A stretch of 64,000 nucleotides of DNA, from positions 27,590,001 to 27,654,000 of the forward strand of contig NC_043014.1 in NCBI RefSeq assembly GCF_006345805.1, read 5' to 3'. The position numbers were made by a program, and so were the translations under genes. Below, in pieces: positions 52,500 to 64,000 of the stretch. Each line of letters begins with the position of its first letter. Positions within the stretch are counted from its first letter, which is position 1. A model generated the notes under the pieces. It was given only the letters and a program-made list of their open reading frames with translations. It was not told where the DNA came from and did not search any database. This DNA is from Octopus sinensis (lineage: Eukaryota).

Positions 52500-53850
52500 C
52501 CTCTCTGTCTGCCCTCATCCTGTGTACCACAGACTCCTTCAACCAACCTCCAGATAATCGCCTACACTGGCCCAACCCACCAAGTTTTCTACAACCCATC
52601 TTCATCCCTAACAATGTCAGGAAGGCAACTGCCTCTTTTCTAGCTGGTTCTGGTGCTGGGATTGATAGCTTATGACCTCAACATCTCAAGTATGGTATCT
52701 CCCTGTCAGCTGATGATGCTGGGCTTGAACTCTTGCAGAACCTAACACAGTTCATAAATTTGTTCTCGTCCAAGAGTGTCCTTGCTTACATTTGTCCCCT
52801 GTCCTTTAGGGCCAAACTATTCGGTCTCACTAAGCCCAAGAGTTATCTCTGCTCCATAGAATTTTTCCACCATAATTTTTTTGGACCAGTAACTTTAAAA
52901 CCAACTTCTTCATATTCGTTTACTACACATTATTTTACACTAGTACACTATTTTTTTTTAAAATTTTGTGACGAGGAGGGTGCGGACTCAGATATTTCAC
53001 ATGACCCAGTAACCCCACTTCGACACCTGGTCATAAAAATGAAAAAAAAATAATTGTAATAGGTGTAAAACAACATGTAGTAAACGAATATGAAAAAAAA
53101 TGCGCGCTGGCGAACGAGGGGGGAGAAGACTCGGAAAATTCAGACCTTGACCTTTAAACTCCAGTGTTTGACCCGAGTGTGAATTATCCGAGTCCGCACC
53201 CCCGTCACTAAAATTGAAAAAAAAAATAGTGTACTAGGTGTAAAAATAATGTGCAGTAAACGAATATGTAGAAAAAAATTTCGCCGACGGACGGGGAAGT
53301 GGTGAGAGGACTCGAAACATTCCCGATGTAAATTTTCCGAGTCCTCTTCCCTGCCCCCCACCCCCGTTCGCCAGCGCGCATTTTTTTTTTCATGTTCGTT
53401 TACTACATGTTGTACACCTATTGCACTTTTTTGTTTTTGCTCGGGTCAAACACTTCAGTTTGACAGAGACCAGATGGTCTTACTCTCTTGTCCCTGGGTT
53501 AGAGGTAGGTGCCTCATTTGGGACGCCACAGTCTGCGATTCCTTTGCTCCCTCCCACATCTTGGAAGCTGCAGTTAAAGGGAGGATCGATGCTTCCGTAA
53601 CTGAACGGGAAGAAAACCCTGAAGTATCGGGATCTGACAGTAAACTCTTTCAACCTGTGACGTTTGAGACGTTCGGAGGGACTTGGCCACCAACCTCGAA
53701 GTCCTTGTCAGGTGATGCTTGTGAGGGCGCTTGGCTTTCCCAACGCTTTAGCCTCGCCATCGCCCGTGGTAACGATGCGAGCGTGCTGGCGAGCTTCAGT
53801 AGGTTCCGTTAAACCTTGTGGTATGCGACCAGTAGCTGATAAAAAAAAAA
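52500..53850 (+). mobile_element. CRE-clade (restriction-like endonuclease) non-LTR retrotransposon remnants, 52500-52860 and 53460-53850, split by a palindromic insert
   Basis: SF..GSG.G.D.L.PQHLK...LT.FINL...AKLFGLTK; later PW..G.CL.WDATVCD.FA.SH, FQPV.FETFG, LSQRFSLAIARGN; A-rich tail at about 53840. Confidence 0.75.
52911..53455. repeat. Compound interleaved inverted repeats
   Basis: A 52911-53000 / A' 53179-53268; B 53060-53140 / B' 53331-53420; C 53163-53177 / C' 53441-53455. Confidence 0.85.
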
Positions 53851-54296
53851 TTATTCTTAAATAAAAATTCCTCACAAACGGTTTCAATACTGTTTTAACA
53901 GAAAGATTTGGAAGAATTAGATGAAAATTCTCCGGTAATTTTCTTTCATGTAAATAAATGTTTGTTAATTCAAAAATTTGCCAGCAAAATCTTATAAAAT
54001 GACAATGTTCTAAAAGTTGTACATGTTTATGTTATAAAATAAATAACAGTGGTATCCCAGAGATTTACTCCACATAATCTTTGTGCATATCTCCGTGTTT
54101 AATATATATTTAAAAAATAAATAAATAAAAGGTTAATGTAAGTGAATCGCGTGAAGAAAAAATCCAATTATTCGAGCGGAGTCTAACTTCTGAGAAACTT
54201 TGTTTCTGTTTGTGTTAAAAACAGAAGTTGAATCGGTTAAAGGAATCATGAATATTTGCATGAATGTAAAACACGAATAAATTAAATTTGGCATAA

Positions 54297-55019
54297 CTAC
54301 ACAAGTGTGCCCCGGTCAGAGTTTGTTTCCTCATAATTGCAAAGAAATGGATTTTTTAAATGAAATTTTCAACAAATATGCTTCATATGGTGTAAATTCT
54401 GATTATATCGAATCTATTGTGAAAAAAAAAGCAGAACAAAAGAGCAAAAAATATGCGAGTAGAAGAGGAATTTCGGATAATTCATACAAGCCGGCTGTTT
54501 CCCTACAACTTTCAGGAAAATGGGTCCTTTTTCAGGAAATTTTCTACAAATACCTTTCAGAGTGTGTAGATAACGACTGTATCCGGAACTTAATATATAA
54601 AAAAAAAAAATGAACACGCAAACATAGATACTGTCACATATCACAATTTTTTGGGAAATTTCAAGTTACATTTTGTAGATATGTGATGTGTGACAGTATA
54701 TATACATGTGTGTGAGTACAAATTCATCAATTTTGTTCTTCATATTAAATTCCAATATAATCGTAATCCAAACACTCTGAAAGGTGTTTGTTGAAAATTT
54801 CATTGAAAAATACCAATTTTTCTGAAAGTTATGAAAAAACAACGCGGACTCGTGTGAATTTTCCGAAACCTCTCTCACGGAGTTTTTTTTTTTTTTTTAC
54901 AACAAATTCCGATATAATCGGAATCTACACCATCCAAAGTATATTTAAGAATTTCATTAAAAAATATTCATTTTTCTGAAAATTACGAGGAAACAAAATC
55001 GTGAGGCACAATTGTGTAG
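54297..55019. mobile_element. ~720-bp fold-back element with two subrepeats per arm and a palindromic centre
   Basis: Termini CTACACAAGTGTGCC / GGCACAATTGTGTAG; inner arms about 54500-54600 / 54745-54840; centre ATACTGTCACA...TGTGACAGTAT. Confidence 0.8.
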
Positions 55020-56384
55020 GTATACCTAAATGTTATAGTATTTGGAAACAAAAGGTTAATATCATCTACGACATAGCATTTTGTTTATTCTTGTTTTCAA
55101 TTCACAAACTTATTTCTCATCTAATCAAAATTTAATTATGAAATGACAAACCCCATAATAACCTGTTGGGCGAAAATTAAAAGTTGAGTTATTTTTGTAT
55201 TGTATAATCATTTTTTAAGTATTTCAGGATTCGCAAAATCGAAATTCATCAGAGAATATGGTTTACATTTTGTATTATCTTAAAAAAAAAAAAAAAAGAG
55301 AAAACTTAAATCACATACTTCGAGATACGTTAAGTAAAAAGCGGGAATGTTAATTACATAGCAACAAGTATGACTGGGTTTGTGCCGAAGTTGTTTATAA
55401 AACGACAATGGTGGATTTTAAAATAACGAAAAGCAAACAAAACTTTGAGAAAATGTAAATATTGCCAATTTTCAATGAGATTTGATTTACCTAAAGATAC
55501 AGTAATATCTACTGTAGTAGTAAGGTCGGTTTCTTCCCTAGTAAACATTGTCATGTTGTTAACAATACCGCCATTTTCTTATGACTAATTAATTATTATT
55601 ATTAGTCTTAACTCCTAACGAACTGCGGAGTCTGCATTCAGGTTTTGATTTGAAGTTGAAGTGTGATCATTTCATTTCCCTGATAAAACTTGAGGTACGA
55701 ACTTCACGAAATCTCATTCTCTTCGAACTCTATGCTCAAGTAAGAAATATAGGCAATCTCGTAAAGAAAGGGAGAGGAAAAGGAAGAGAGAGAGAGAGGG
55801 GGACGTAGAGTTAACATAAGTGCAGGATAGGTGGAAATATTTGACTTGGTGGCAGGCAATGAGTAAATGAAAGCCACACAGTGAGAATGAAATAATCATT
55901 GGAACAAGAAAAGGAGGGAGAGTAAATAATAATAAATATTTTTCTCTTGAGAATTAGTATTCATAATTTTGCATATGCAACAAGAAATTTGATAAAAGTT
56001 TAATTATTGTTTGTATGCCATATTTCCAAATATCAGCCATGGTTGTAAAAGTATATTTTCAAAGTATGGGTTACACTCTAGTATTTAATATACTAAGTAT
56101 AAATTCTTTTTTTTTTAAATAAATATATAATATAATGTATTCAATAAGCTTCAACTGAGATAAGTCCTACAACCCAGTTTTCTTTTGAATAAGAACCATC
56201 TTCACTTATGTGACAAATATTTTTGCATCAAATACAAATGATGCTGTTTCCTTTGCTATTCTTTGAAAATCCATTCACATTATAATTTATCTATTTATCT
56301 GTCTACCAGTTTGAGTAACTATCTATTTACACACAAACACACACATATACACATACTGTTGTTATGATCAATCTGTAAAGTATG

Positions 56385-56690
56385 ATTGTCGGATGAAAAT
56401 TTCATAGGCTGACCAAGATACTCCCATGGAATATGACCAAATGAGGTTTATTTTTAAACATAGATCCTCACTTCTTGCAGTCCACACACTTCTTCTATTA
56501 GTGTTACAGTGCTTGGATCCCACTGGTAAAGAAGCTTTCATCCTCTTGGTAAAAAAACAAAAGAGTCATCAAGAGCAGATATGACACCATCATTACTGCA
56601 ATACTGGTTCCCAGCCAAGAGATTTTTCATGTTGGAGAACAAATGCTACTCAGATGGGGCCAAATCAGAAGAATAGGGAGGGTGATTTTT
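56385..56690 (-). mobile_element. Mariner 3' fragment, same family as 3350-4330
   Basis: Colinear with 3356-3630. Confidence 0.8.
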
Positions 56691-57479
56691 ATATCCTGGT
56701 GTTGGATAAATAATTTAACAAATAAGTAGGAAAGAAATATTTACACAATACAATATGATTACTATTACACAAGACTCACTGTCCTCAGTCAACAGCTCAT
56801 AGTGAACTGCTTACTAGTCAGAACTCGACCTACTCAATTTTAGCCCACAGCAAAGTTCCTATCTACAGTTCGTCTGTCAAATCCTTGGGCAGTGCCCTAC
56901 ATATAACTCTCTCCCAGAACTGTTGACTCTCATTGGAACCAGGAAAGCATTTTAACTACTCTGCCCGTTTGTGTGTGTGTGGTTACTCGGCTCTTTGGTG
57001 ACTGTTCCTTGCTAAGATTTGGTGTGATTTACCTAGGGCAGCCCTTGTTTGGTGGTTGAGCTACTTGGGCGGGGCTGTCAATGTGGTGTATGCGAGAGAT
57101 TTGAAATAAAGGCTTTCAAACCAGCCCGACCTGAACGCTAGAAATAGCAGCTCTTTCCCAACCTAACAACGTGGCTGACGCCGTTACCCGCTCGGCGACC
57201 TGCCTCAAAAAAAGCCAGAATCATGCCCTCCCTGCATGCGCGTCACTGCTGCCCCTTCCGGTCAGCTCCCCAGCTGCTGACGTCATCCCACAGTCAATAT
57301 CAAGATGGGCCAGTTTCAACCTATTGATGAAAACTGTGTCTTGTCATCTGCCAATTAGGAATTGGAATGATTTGTCTCCCAGATATATGACTTCATATAG
57401 GTCATCATAGGGTGACCGGAGGGGTTTTCGTCACATATCACATCAAATAAACATGAAGTTAGCTATGTGGAGGTCATTT

Positions 57480-59160
57480 GGTATGGATGGTCTTGGTGTG
57501 CCATGTGTTAGTATGGCAATAAGGTGCAACTGACCCACACTGTCTCTCAGTTGCATGAGTTATCTTTTGACATCTGGATCTGACATCACATTCAGAAGGA
57601 ACTCTCCTGGCACCATTTCCATGAAAGTGTTAAGATTTTCCTTTGGGGCGGTACGGATTCCCAACATCACTCATGGAAGTTAATCAATCCAATAGGGCCC
57701 GTTAAGTCTGGCTGTCAGAGATTCCTTCAAGCAGCAATGAAATCTCTCCACTAACCCATTGGCCTGTTGTGCACTTGACTGTGATTCAAAAAGGTCACAT
57801 GTGTCATTCCACAGCTTTGAGATGAATTATGGACCCTAGTCATATGAGATGTTGTCTGGGACACTGAAAGAGGTAACGCAGTTTGTGATAATTGCTCGGC
57901 TGACTCCTTGTGTTTCTGTGCTGTGGAGAGAGATAGCCTCAGGCCAGCAAGTGTAGTGGTCTACTCAGGTCAGTAGGTATGAGCAACCCTGTGAAGGTGG
58001 TAGAGGACCAACAAGGTCAATGCTGTTGTGGCTGAGATGGTTCATAGTTGCCAAGTGGTGATTGACCATGGCTTGTTGACAGGGGATGCAGGTCTTGGTC
58101 TATTCCCCAATTTGCATGGCCATACTGTGCCAGATAAATTTGCTTGACAACATGTGCTATGTGACTCTAGTACCCGGGTGGGACAGTCCATGAATAATGT
58201 CAAAAACCTTCCTGCACCAGGTTAATAGGATGATCAGTCATAGCTTCCCAGTGGATACATTACACAGTTGGGTTGTGCTGTTGGAGCCAAAGTGCACATC
58301 CTTTAAGGAAAGTGATGTGATGGGTGTACGGTAGGCCTTGATCTCGTCATCTGTCTGTTGGGCTGCAGCCATAGCCTCGTAATCCAGACCTTCCATTATT
58401 GGGGCTAAGTAGGTGTGAGAGCAGGTAGGAGCATGAGAGAATGTATTGGTGACTGCATTGCCTTTTCCAGCTATGTGTTGGATATCTGTGGTGTACTCAG
58501 AAATGGCTGATTGCTGTCATTCCTGGCGTGCAGACCAAAGTTCCAAGAGCTTGCTCATAGCAAAGGTGAGTGGATTGCAGTCTGAACACTGTAAACATGT
58601 GGCCTTCAAGAATATAGGTCAACTTTTGAGAAAACCAAACACCTGGCTAGCTGGGCTGAGAAGTCCTGTATGTTTGGTCTGGGGTAACAGCTGGGTGTCT
58701 TGTCTGCATTGAGATGGCAGTAATCTCTACAAGACCACCAACCTCCATTGGGTTTCAGTACCACATGCAGGGGTGACAACTAGGGACTGCTTCATCAGTG
58801 AGCTATGCCCAGCACCTCCATATTGTCAAACTTGGCCTTTGCAATTGCAAGCTTATCTGGTGATAGACAATGTGTGTGGTTGTGCACTGGGGGTGGGGTG
58901 GGTGGGGAGTGCAGTGTGTCACTCCATGGCGGGCTGTAGGTTTGGAGAATGTCAGGGTAGTGAGATTGGGGCAACTTGCAAGGAGATTCAAAAATTCATT
59001 CTTGGTCTGAGAGATGGTTGCTATGCAGGAGGTGACATGTGCAGATGTTGCCAGAGTCACAGAAGCACATGTTGCTATTGATGAGTCCGTCTCCCCTGCA
59101 AATCAACCAGTAGCAGGTGTACTAGAAGAAAGTCTGCCTCAACCTAGGATGATACAGCAG
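57480..59160 (-). mobile_element. Old degenerate Gypsy pol (protease, RT start, RNase H, integrase) with most of RT deleted
   Basis: PDKLAIAKAKFDNME...SPLHVV.KPNGGW; AISEYTTDIQHIAGK; [12 protein letters not shown]; QANGLVE.FH. Confidence 0.8.
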
Positions 59161-59849
59161 ATGATATAGGTGACTGAGATAAAAGATACATAAATAAGAC
59201 AATAAAACATAATTTTATCATGGGGGAAGGAGGAAATATAGAAATAAATGTGTATACTATTTTAACTAAAAACAAGGAGCAAAAATAATAAAAAAACATA
59301 ATAGCATTTATATGTCTTCTTGCCATATACATATATGTATGTATGTATATGCATGCCCATGTATGAATGAGTGTATATATCTCCTTGTGAGTGTATATAT
59401 ATGCACATAATCAAAGTTTAAATTTCTTAATTCTGCTGAATACTGAAATCAGACTGTAGGGACGAGAATGGCTCTTTAGTATATCACACGGTCAATACAA
59501 TAAATATATAATTTGAATGGTACATATATTTGCCAGAGGGGAAAAAGGAGATACAACTGCATAGGATGATTAAAAGAAGATTTATTGATATAATAACATG
59601 TGTGTCTGTGTGCGCGTCATAGATACAGAAATAAATTGACAGGCCATTGTGAGAAGAAAGTTTATGTGTATGTGTGTATAGGCATGGATGTGCGTGTTTG
59701 TTGTGTATGTTTAAGGATGTTGATAAGTAGACAGTGAAAAAGTCTATAAAGAAAAGTGAGAAGAATGTTCATAGACACAAATAAGATAAATAATACCAGT
59801 TCATAGTCATTAGTACACGGTAGTTGAAATACTGTATCACAAAGTCATG

Positions 59850-61150
59850 GCCATGATGCTGAGCTGGTTGCAGGTACATGTCATACGTGAAGTCATGGCT
59901 GTGATGCTGCTGCCTGGGTCACTTGGTACAGGATTTTTGCAGGTTGTATGTTCACTGTTGATACATGGTGAAGTAATTCATGAACAGAGAAGTGTTGGAA
60001 CCTAGACAAGTTGCTTGCTGAGCTGTGTACATAAGGAGATGATGTTGATGACATTAAGAAGATGATGTTGGTGATGAAGATGGAGGTTACTGTAATGCTG
60101 CTGGACGAAGTTGGTAAGTTTCAACGTGGCTGCTGTGGTATTGTCACTGGAACTGGCTGTGTCTACATGGTCAGTGCTTGACCATAAAAGGTTAGAAACC
60201 AAAGATGTGTATTGAGGAAAACGCTAGGTTTTTATAGAAAGAAGTAGGCTTGAAATAGGGTTTGAAGAAGGTTGTTCATGTGATGCTATCTAAAGTCTCT
60301 GACTGGCTATCCACGATCAGTTGGCACAATAGAGTAGGAGACAAATTGCACCAATACCAACCAATTAGAGTAGTGGACACAATGGGATACAAACAGTGGC
60401 CAAAGGCCTGTTGGTTCCTGCTGCATTCGAATATATTTATAGAGTCTATGCTACAAGACCAACTTGGAGAAACTATGATGTCACTTATAAAAATTATGAT
60501 ATCATTTACACCATAGACTTGGATGACTCTACCTAAGCATGCTAGCAGTTAATTTGGCCCTTTAATATCATATTACGAAATGAAAATCAGTGCTACTGCA
60601 TAAAATGCTCTTTTTTTTTACATCATCTTCAGAAGATCAATAAAGTTTATTTGCCAACATGGTGAAAGGAACAGTTTAGCTACCAAGATGTCTAAAACAG
60701 TGAATCACATAGGAGGGTTTCAACTTCCAAGCACAATATTCAACAACAGGAAAACCAATCCATTTTATTGATGTCAACAAAGATACACCTGTTTATGAAC
60801 TTCTGACCACTGGTAATCGACAAAGCCCACCCTAGCCATATTAAGCACTAGCTCAATTACAGAATATATATGATCCCTATTTGTTCTAAGTGAGACTATT
60901 TCTATTCTGTATACTATCATCATAACATACAAACACCCTGCTGAAGTAACATTATACTACTATGCTTGACCCATAAATTACTATGTAACTTGATAATACC
61001 AAAGTGGTTTACTGAACTCTCAAATACCATCCACCACCAACTAACTGACACCAGAAGATTGTTTGCTCTACTACTTGGAGTGTATATAGAATGAACTAGT
61101 GTCACTGCTTTACCAGAATTTTTGATAAGAAAAGACCAAGTGGAAAATCC
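59850..61150 (-). mobile_element. Highly degenerate Gypsy (Mag-like) integrase region
   Basis: Scattered SPCWQINFIDL and TS..LQ.GLV..TL motif remnants with many stops. Confidence 0.35.
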
Positions 61151-61939
61151 AAACAAATCTCATTTTTAAACTTTCTTCATTCTGACTGTATAGCTGAGGA
61201 GGCTGATACATATCTGAAGCCCCAAAACTCTAAGTGATATGGAGCTGAATCAATTTGTCGTGAAGTTGTGTGTGTGTGCATGTGCATGTGTGTGTGCATG
61301 CATGTGTATGGATGTATAGTGTGTATACTTATATATATATATATATATATATACATACATACACTTATGAATATGTGTTTGTGTATATATATATATACAT
61401 TTTCTTTTATTTGTTTCCGTCATATGACTCTGGCCATGCTGGAGCATCGCCTTTTCTGAACATGTATACATATATGTGTGTCTATGTATGGATATTTATG
61501 TATATATGTAGATGTATATGTAGCAATTTTTATATCCTACTTAACATGGATTTATTGTTTGAACACTGTATTACTGCAGTGTTTGCCTTGAGAGATCCTC
61601 TTATAGACATACTGTGCTAAAAGCACAGGTATATCATTAGCAGATGTCTAGTATGGATAATGAAACTGCTAGATCATGTGATTTCAGCATATATGCACTT
61701 CGTTGGTAGCAGCCCTCCATTAGTTGCATGCCAGCCAAATTTCACTGCTCACAATATATAGAGAAACTGACTGTTCACTGCCATAATATGGCATTCTAAC
61801 AATACATCAACATTAAGTAGGATATAAAGATTGCCATTTGATGCTAATACTGCTTTCATCACTAATATTTATTTTTATCACTCTCGGTACATGTCCTTAG
61901 ATTGCACTGTCCTCAGATTGACACCCAAACACTCCGAAA

Positions 61940-62141
61940 TGTTTATAATGGAGTTTCCGATGCAAATCAGTACAACATGTTTCCAAATTTCTGGCAGAGT
62001 GAATTGTATCATGGTGCTGTTTTTCTCACAGGTGGTGCCCAACTGATCCAACTATACTAAGTAGTCGACAAAATCAAAAACAAACAATGTGCATGTGGGA
62101 AATTTAAAATATACAATGGCAACAATTTACCCATTGCACCC

Positions 62142-62185
<44 letters not shown>

Positions 62186-62202
62186 GCAATGGGTAAATTG
62201 TT
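61940..62202. mobile_element. maT 5' end fragment plus an inverted TIR copy across (TA)n
   Basis: 61940-62143 is colinear with 39470-39668; 62121-62141 is the exact reverse complement of 62182-62202. Confidence 0.8.
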
Positions 62203-62349
62203 ATGATAAATTGTAAATGATAAAAGGTGTTTTTTTTCTAATTTATTTATACATATTATAATTTGTGAAATTTGATTTAGTATTTCTAAATTGAATTTTT
62301 CCCTGTAAGTTTGGAATAATATTCCCTCACATTATATATATATATATAT

Positions 62350-62796
62350 ATATATACATGAGCAGAATTTAGAATTTAGGTTAGTTGAAATATGTTTGTC
62401 AGATATTTCAAGTGCTATAAGACAAATACACTACAGTTATTGTGGAGAAAAAATCTGTATGGTAAAAAGGTGTGAAAACACCCAATTCGTGCAGTGTTGC
62501 TCTCTTTTAGGAATCCCAGATATTTATGTTTTGAGTTTTTGAGACAACTCTGAATGAACTTGATAAAGCTGTAGCATTATATATAATACATTATATATAT
62601 AACACATTGACTGATGTGCACTAGCAGATTGCCCTGATCGAGGTAAATAACGGACCATTGATGCAAAGCAGTGTTTCTTCAGTTTTTCTAAACCCTGTCA
62701 AAGAACTTGGAAGGCTGGACCTCCAACCAGGCCTTTCACAATGCTCTTAAAGCTAGGAACTTTTCAGCACCCCTTGTATATCTTGGCCACATAATG

Positions 62797-62847
<51 letters not shown>

Positions 62848-62850
62848 CGT

Positions 62851-62903
<53 letters not shown>

Positions 62904-63122
62904 TTTGATAGTTATATATATTTAATAAAAAAAATTAAAATTTAAAATTTAAAAAAATTATAAATATAAATTAATAATTTTAATTTTAAATTTGAATAAT
63001 TTAAATTTTTAAATTTTATATCTTATATATTTTGTATATTATATTAATTATTTTTATTTTTATGTTTTGGTTTATGGTTTTCACTGTTTGATTTGCCTAA
63101 TAGTGGTTTTATCTCTAATTTA

Positions 63123-63162
<40 letters not shown>

Positions 63163-63830
63163 GCTATATATGTCAGAGCATTGGTGCAAAGCAGTGTTTT
63201 AGGTATGAGAAGGTTAGTTGAAATATGTTTTAGCAGTTAAAATATGTGACAAACATATTTACCTGGATTGGGCAATCTACTAGTGCAAATCAGTCAACAT
63301 GTTGACTGAATTATATATAGAGCTACAGCTTTATTAGTTCGTTCAGAGTTGCCTCTCTTAGGTACATATCATTGACAAGTGTCAAAAAACTCAAAACATT
63401 GATGTCTGGGATTCCTAAGAGAGGGTGACACTAAACGAATTGGGTGCTTTCACACCTTTTTACCATAAGAGAGATTTTTTTCTCCATGGTAACTACAGTG
63501 TATTTGTCTTTTAACAGTTGAAATATGTGACATATTTCAAATAACCTAAATTCTGCTCATACCTAAACACTGCTTTGTACCAATGCTCTGATATACATGT
63601 GTGTGTGTCTGTGTCTGTCTGTCTGTGTGTTTTATATATATACTTATACATTATGTGGCCAAGATATACAAGGGATTGCTGAAAAGTTCTTGGCTTTGAA
63701 GTATTGCGAAAGGCCTGGCTGGAGGTCCAACCTTTCAAGTTCTTTTACAGGGTTTAGAATAATTGAAGGAGTGCTACAGTAAGTGTATGGATCTAGGAGG
63801 GGAATATGTTGAATACAATCATAATCTACT
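62350..63830. mobile_element. Nest of inverted DNA-transposon fragments, including mariner ends
   Basis: About 62355-62560 is inverse to 63335-63560; about 62680-62790 is inverse to 63640-63760; mariner-like terminus TACAAGGGATTGCTGAAAAGTTCTTGGCTTT. Confidence 0.7.
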
Positions 63831-64000
63831 GATCCTCCTGTATTTTATTTTACTCAAAGCCAGGAACTGTTCAAACCCCCACATATATCATCATCATCAT
63901 CATCATCATCATTTAATGTCCGTTGTCCATGCTGGCATGGGTTGGACAGTTTGACTAGGGCTGCCAAGCTGGAAGGCTGCACCAGACTCCAGTCTGATCT

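Noticed and set aside
60256-60770. + strand reading resembling a viral SF3 helicase (endogenous viral element)
   Set aside because: No valid Walker A and many stops; the minus strand fits a degenerate Gypsy integrase better.

Overview
AT-rich, microsatellite- and repeat-dense animal genomic DNA. The repeat families (CATCAT-tailed SINE-like repeats, tRNA-head SINEs, long (TA)n tracts) look like octopus/coleoid cephalopod; this species assignment is an inference. Two host genes converge tail-to-tail about 3.1 kb apart. On the + strand are the last three coding exons of an RRP1/RRP1B (Nop52/NNP-1)-like nucleolar gene (122-652, 5426-5510, 6911-7065). On the - strand is a BBS12-like chaperonin gene with at least 9 phase-compatible coding exons (33799 down to the stop at 10217); its first exon(s) are unresolved. 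A young, full-length CsRn1-clade Ty3/Gypsy LTR retrotransposon (19046-24884) sits antisense in a BBS12 intron. It has a 4-bp TSD, tRNA-Trp PBS, CHCC gag, a GGGAAAC -1 frameshift site with a predicted pseudoknot, and two disabling lesions. The rest is old transposon remnants (RTE, R4/Dong, CRE, Penelope, mariner, maT DD37D, Helitron, Sola-like, piggyBac-type MITEs, degenerate Gypsy) and several long fold-back elements. All alignments were made by eye against remembered family motifs; no database search was run.
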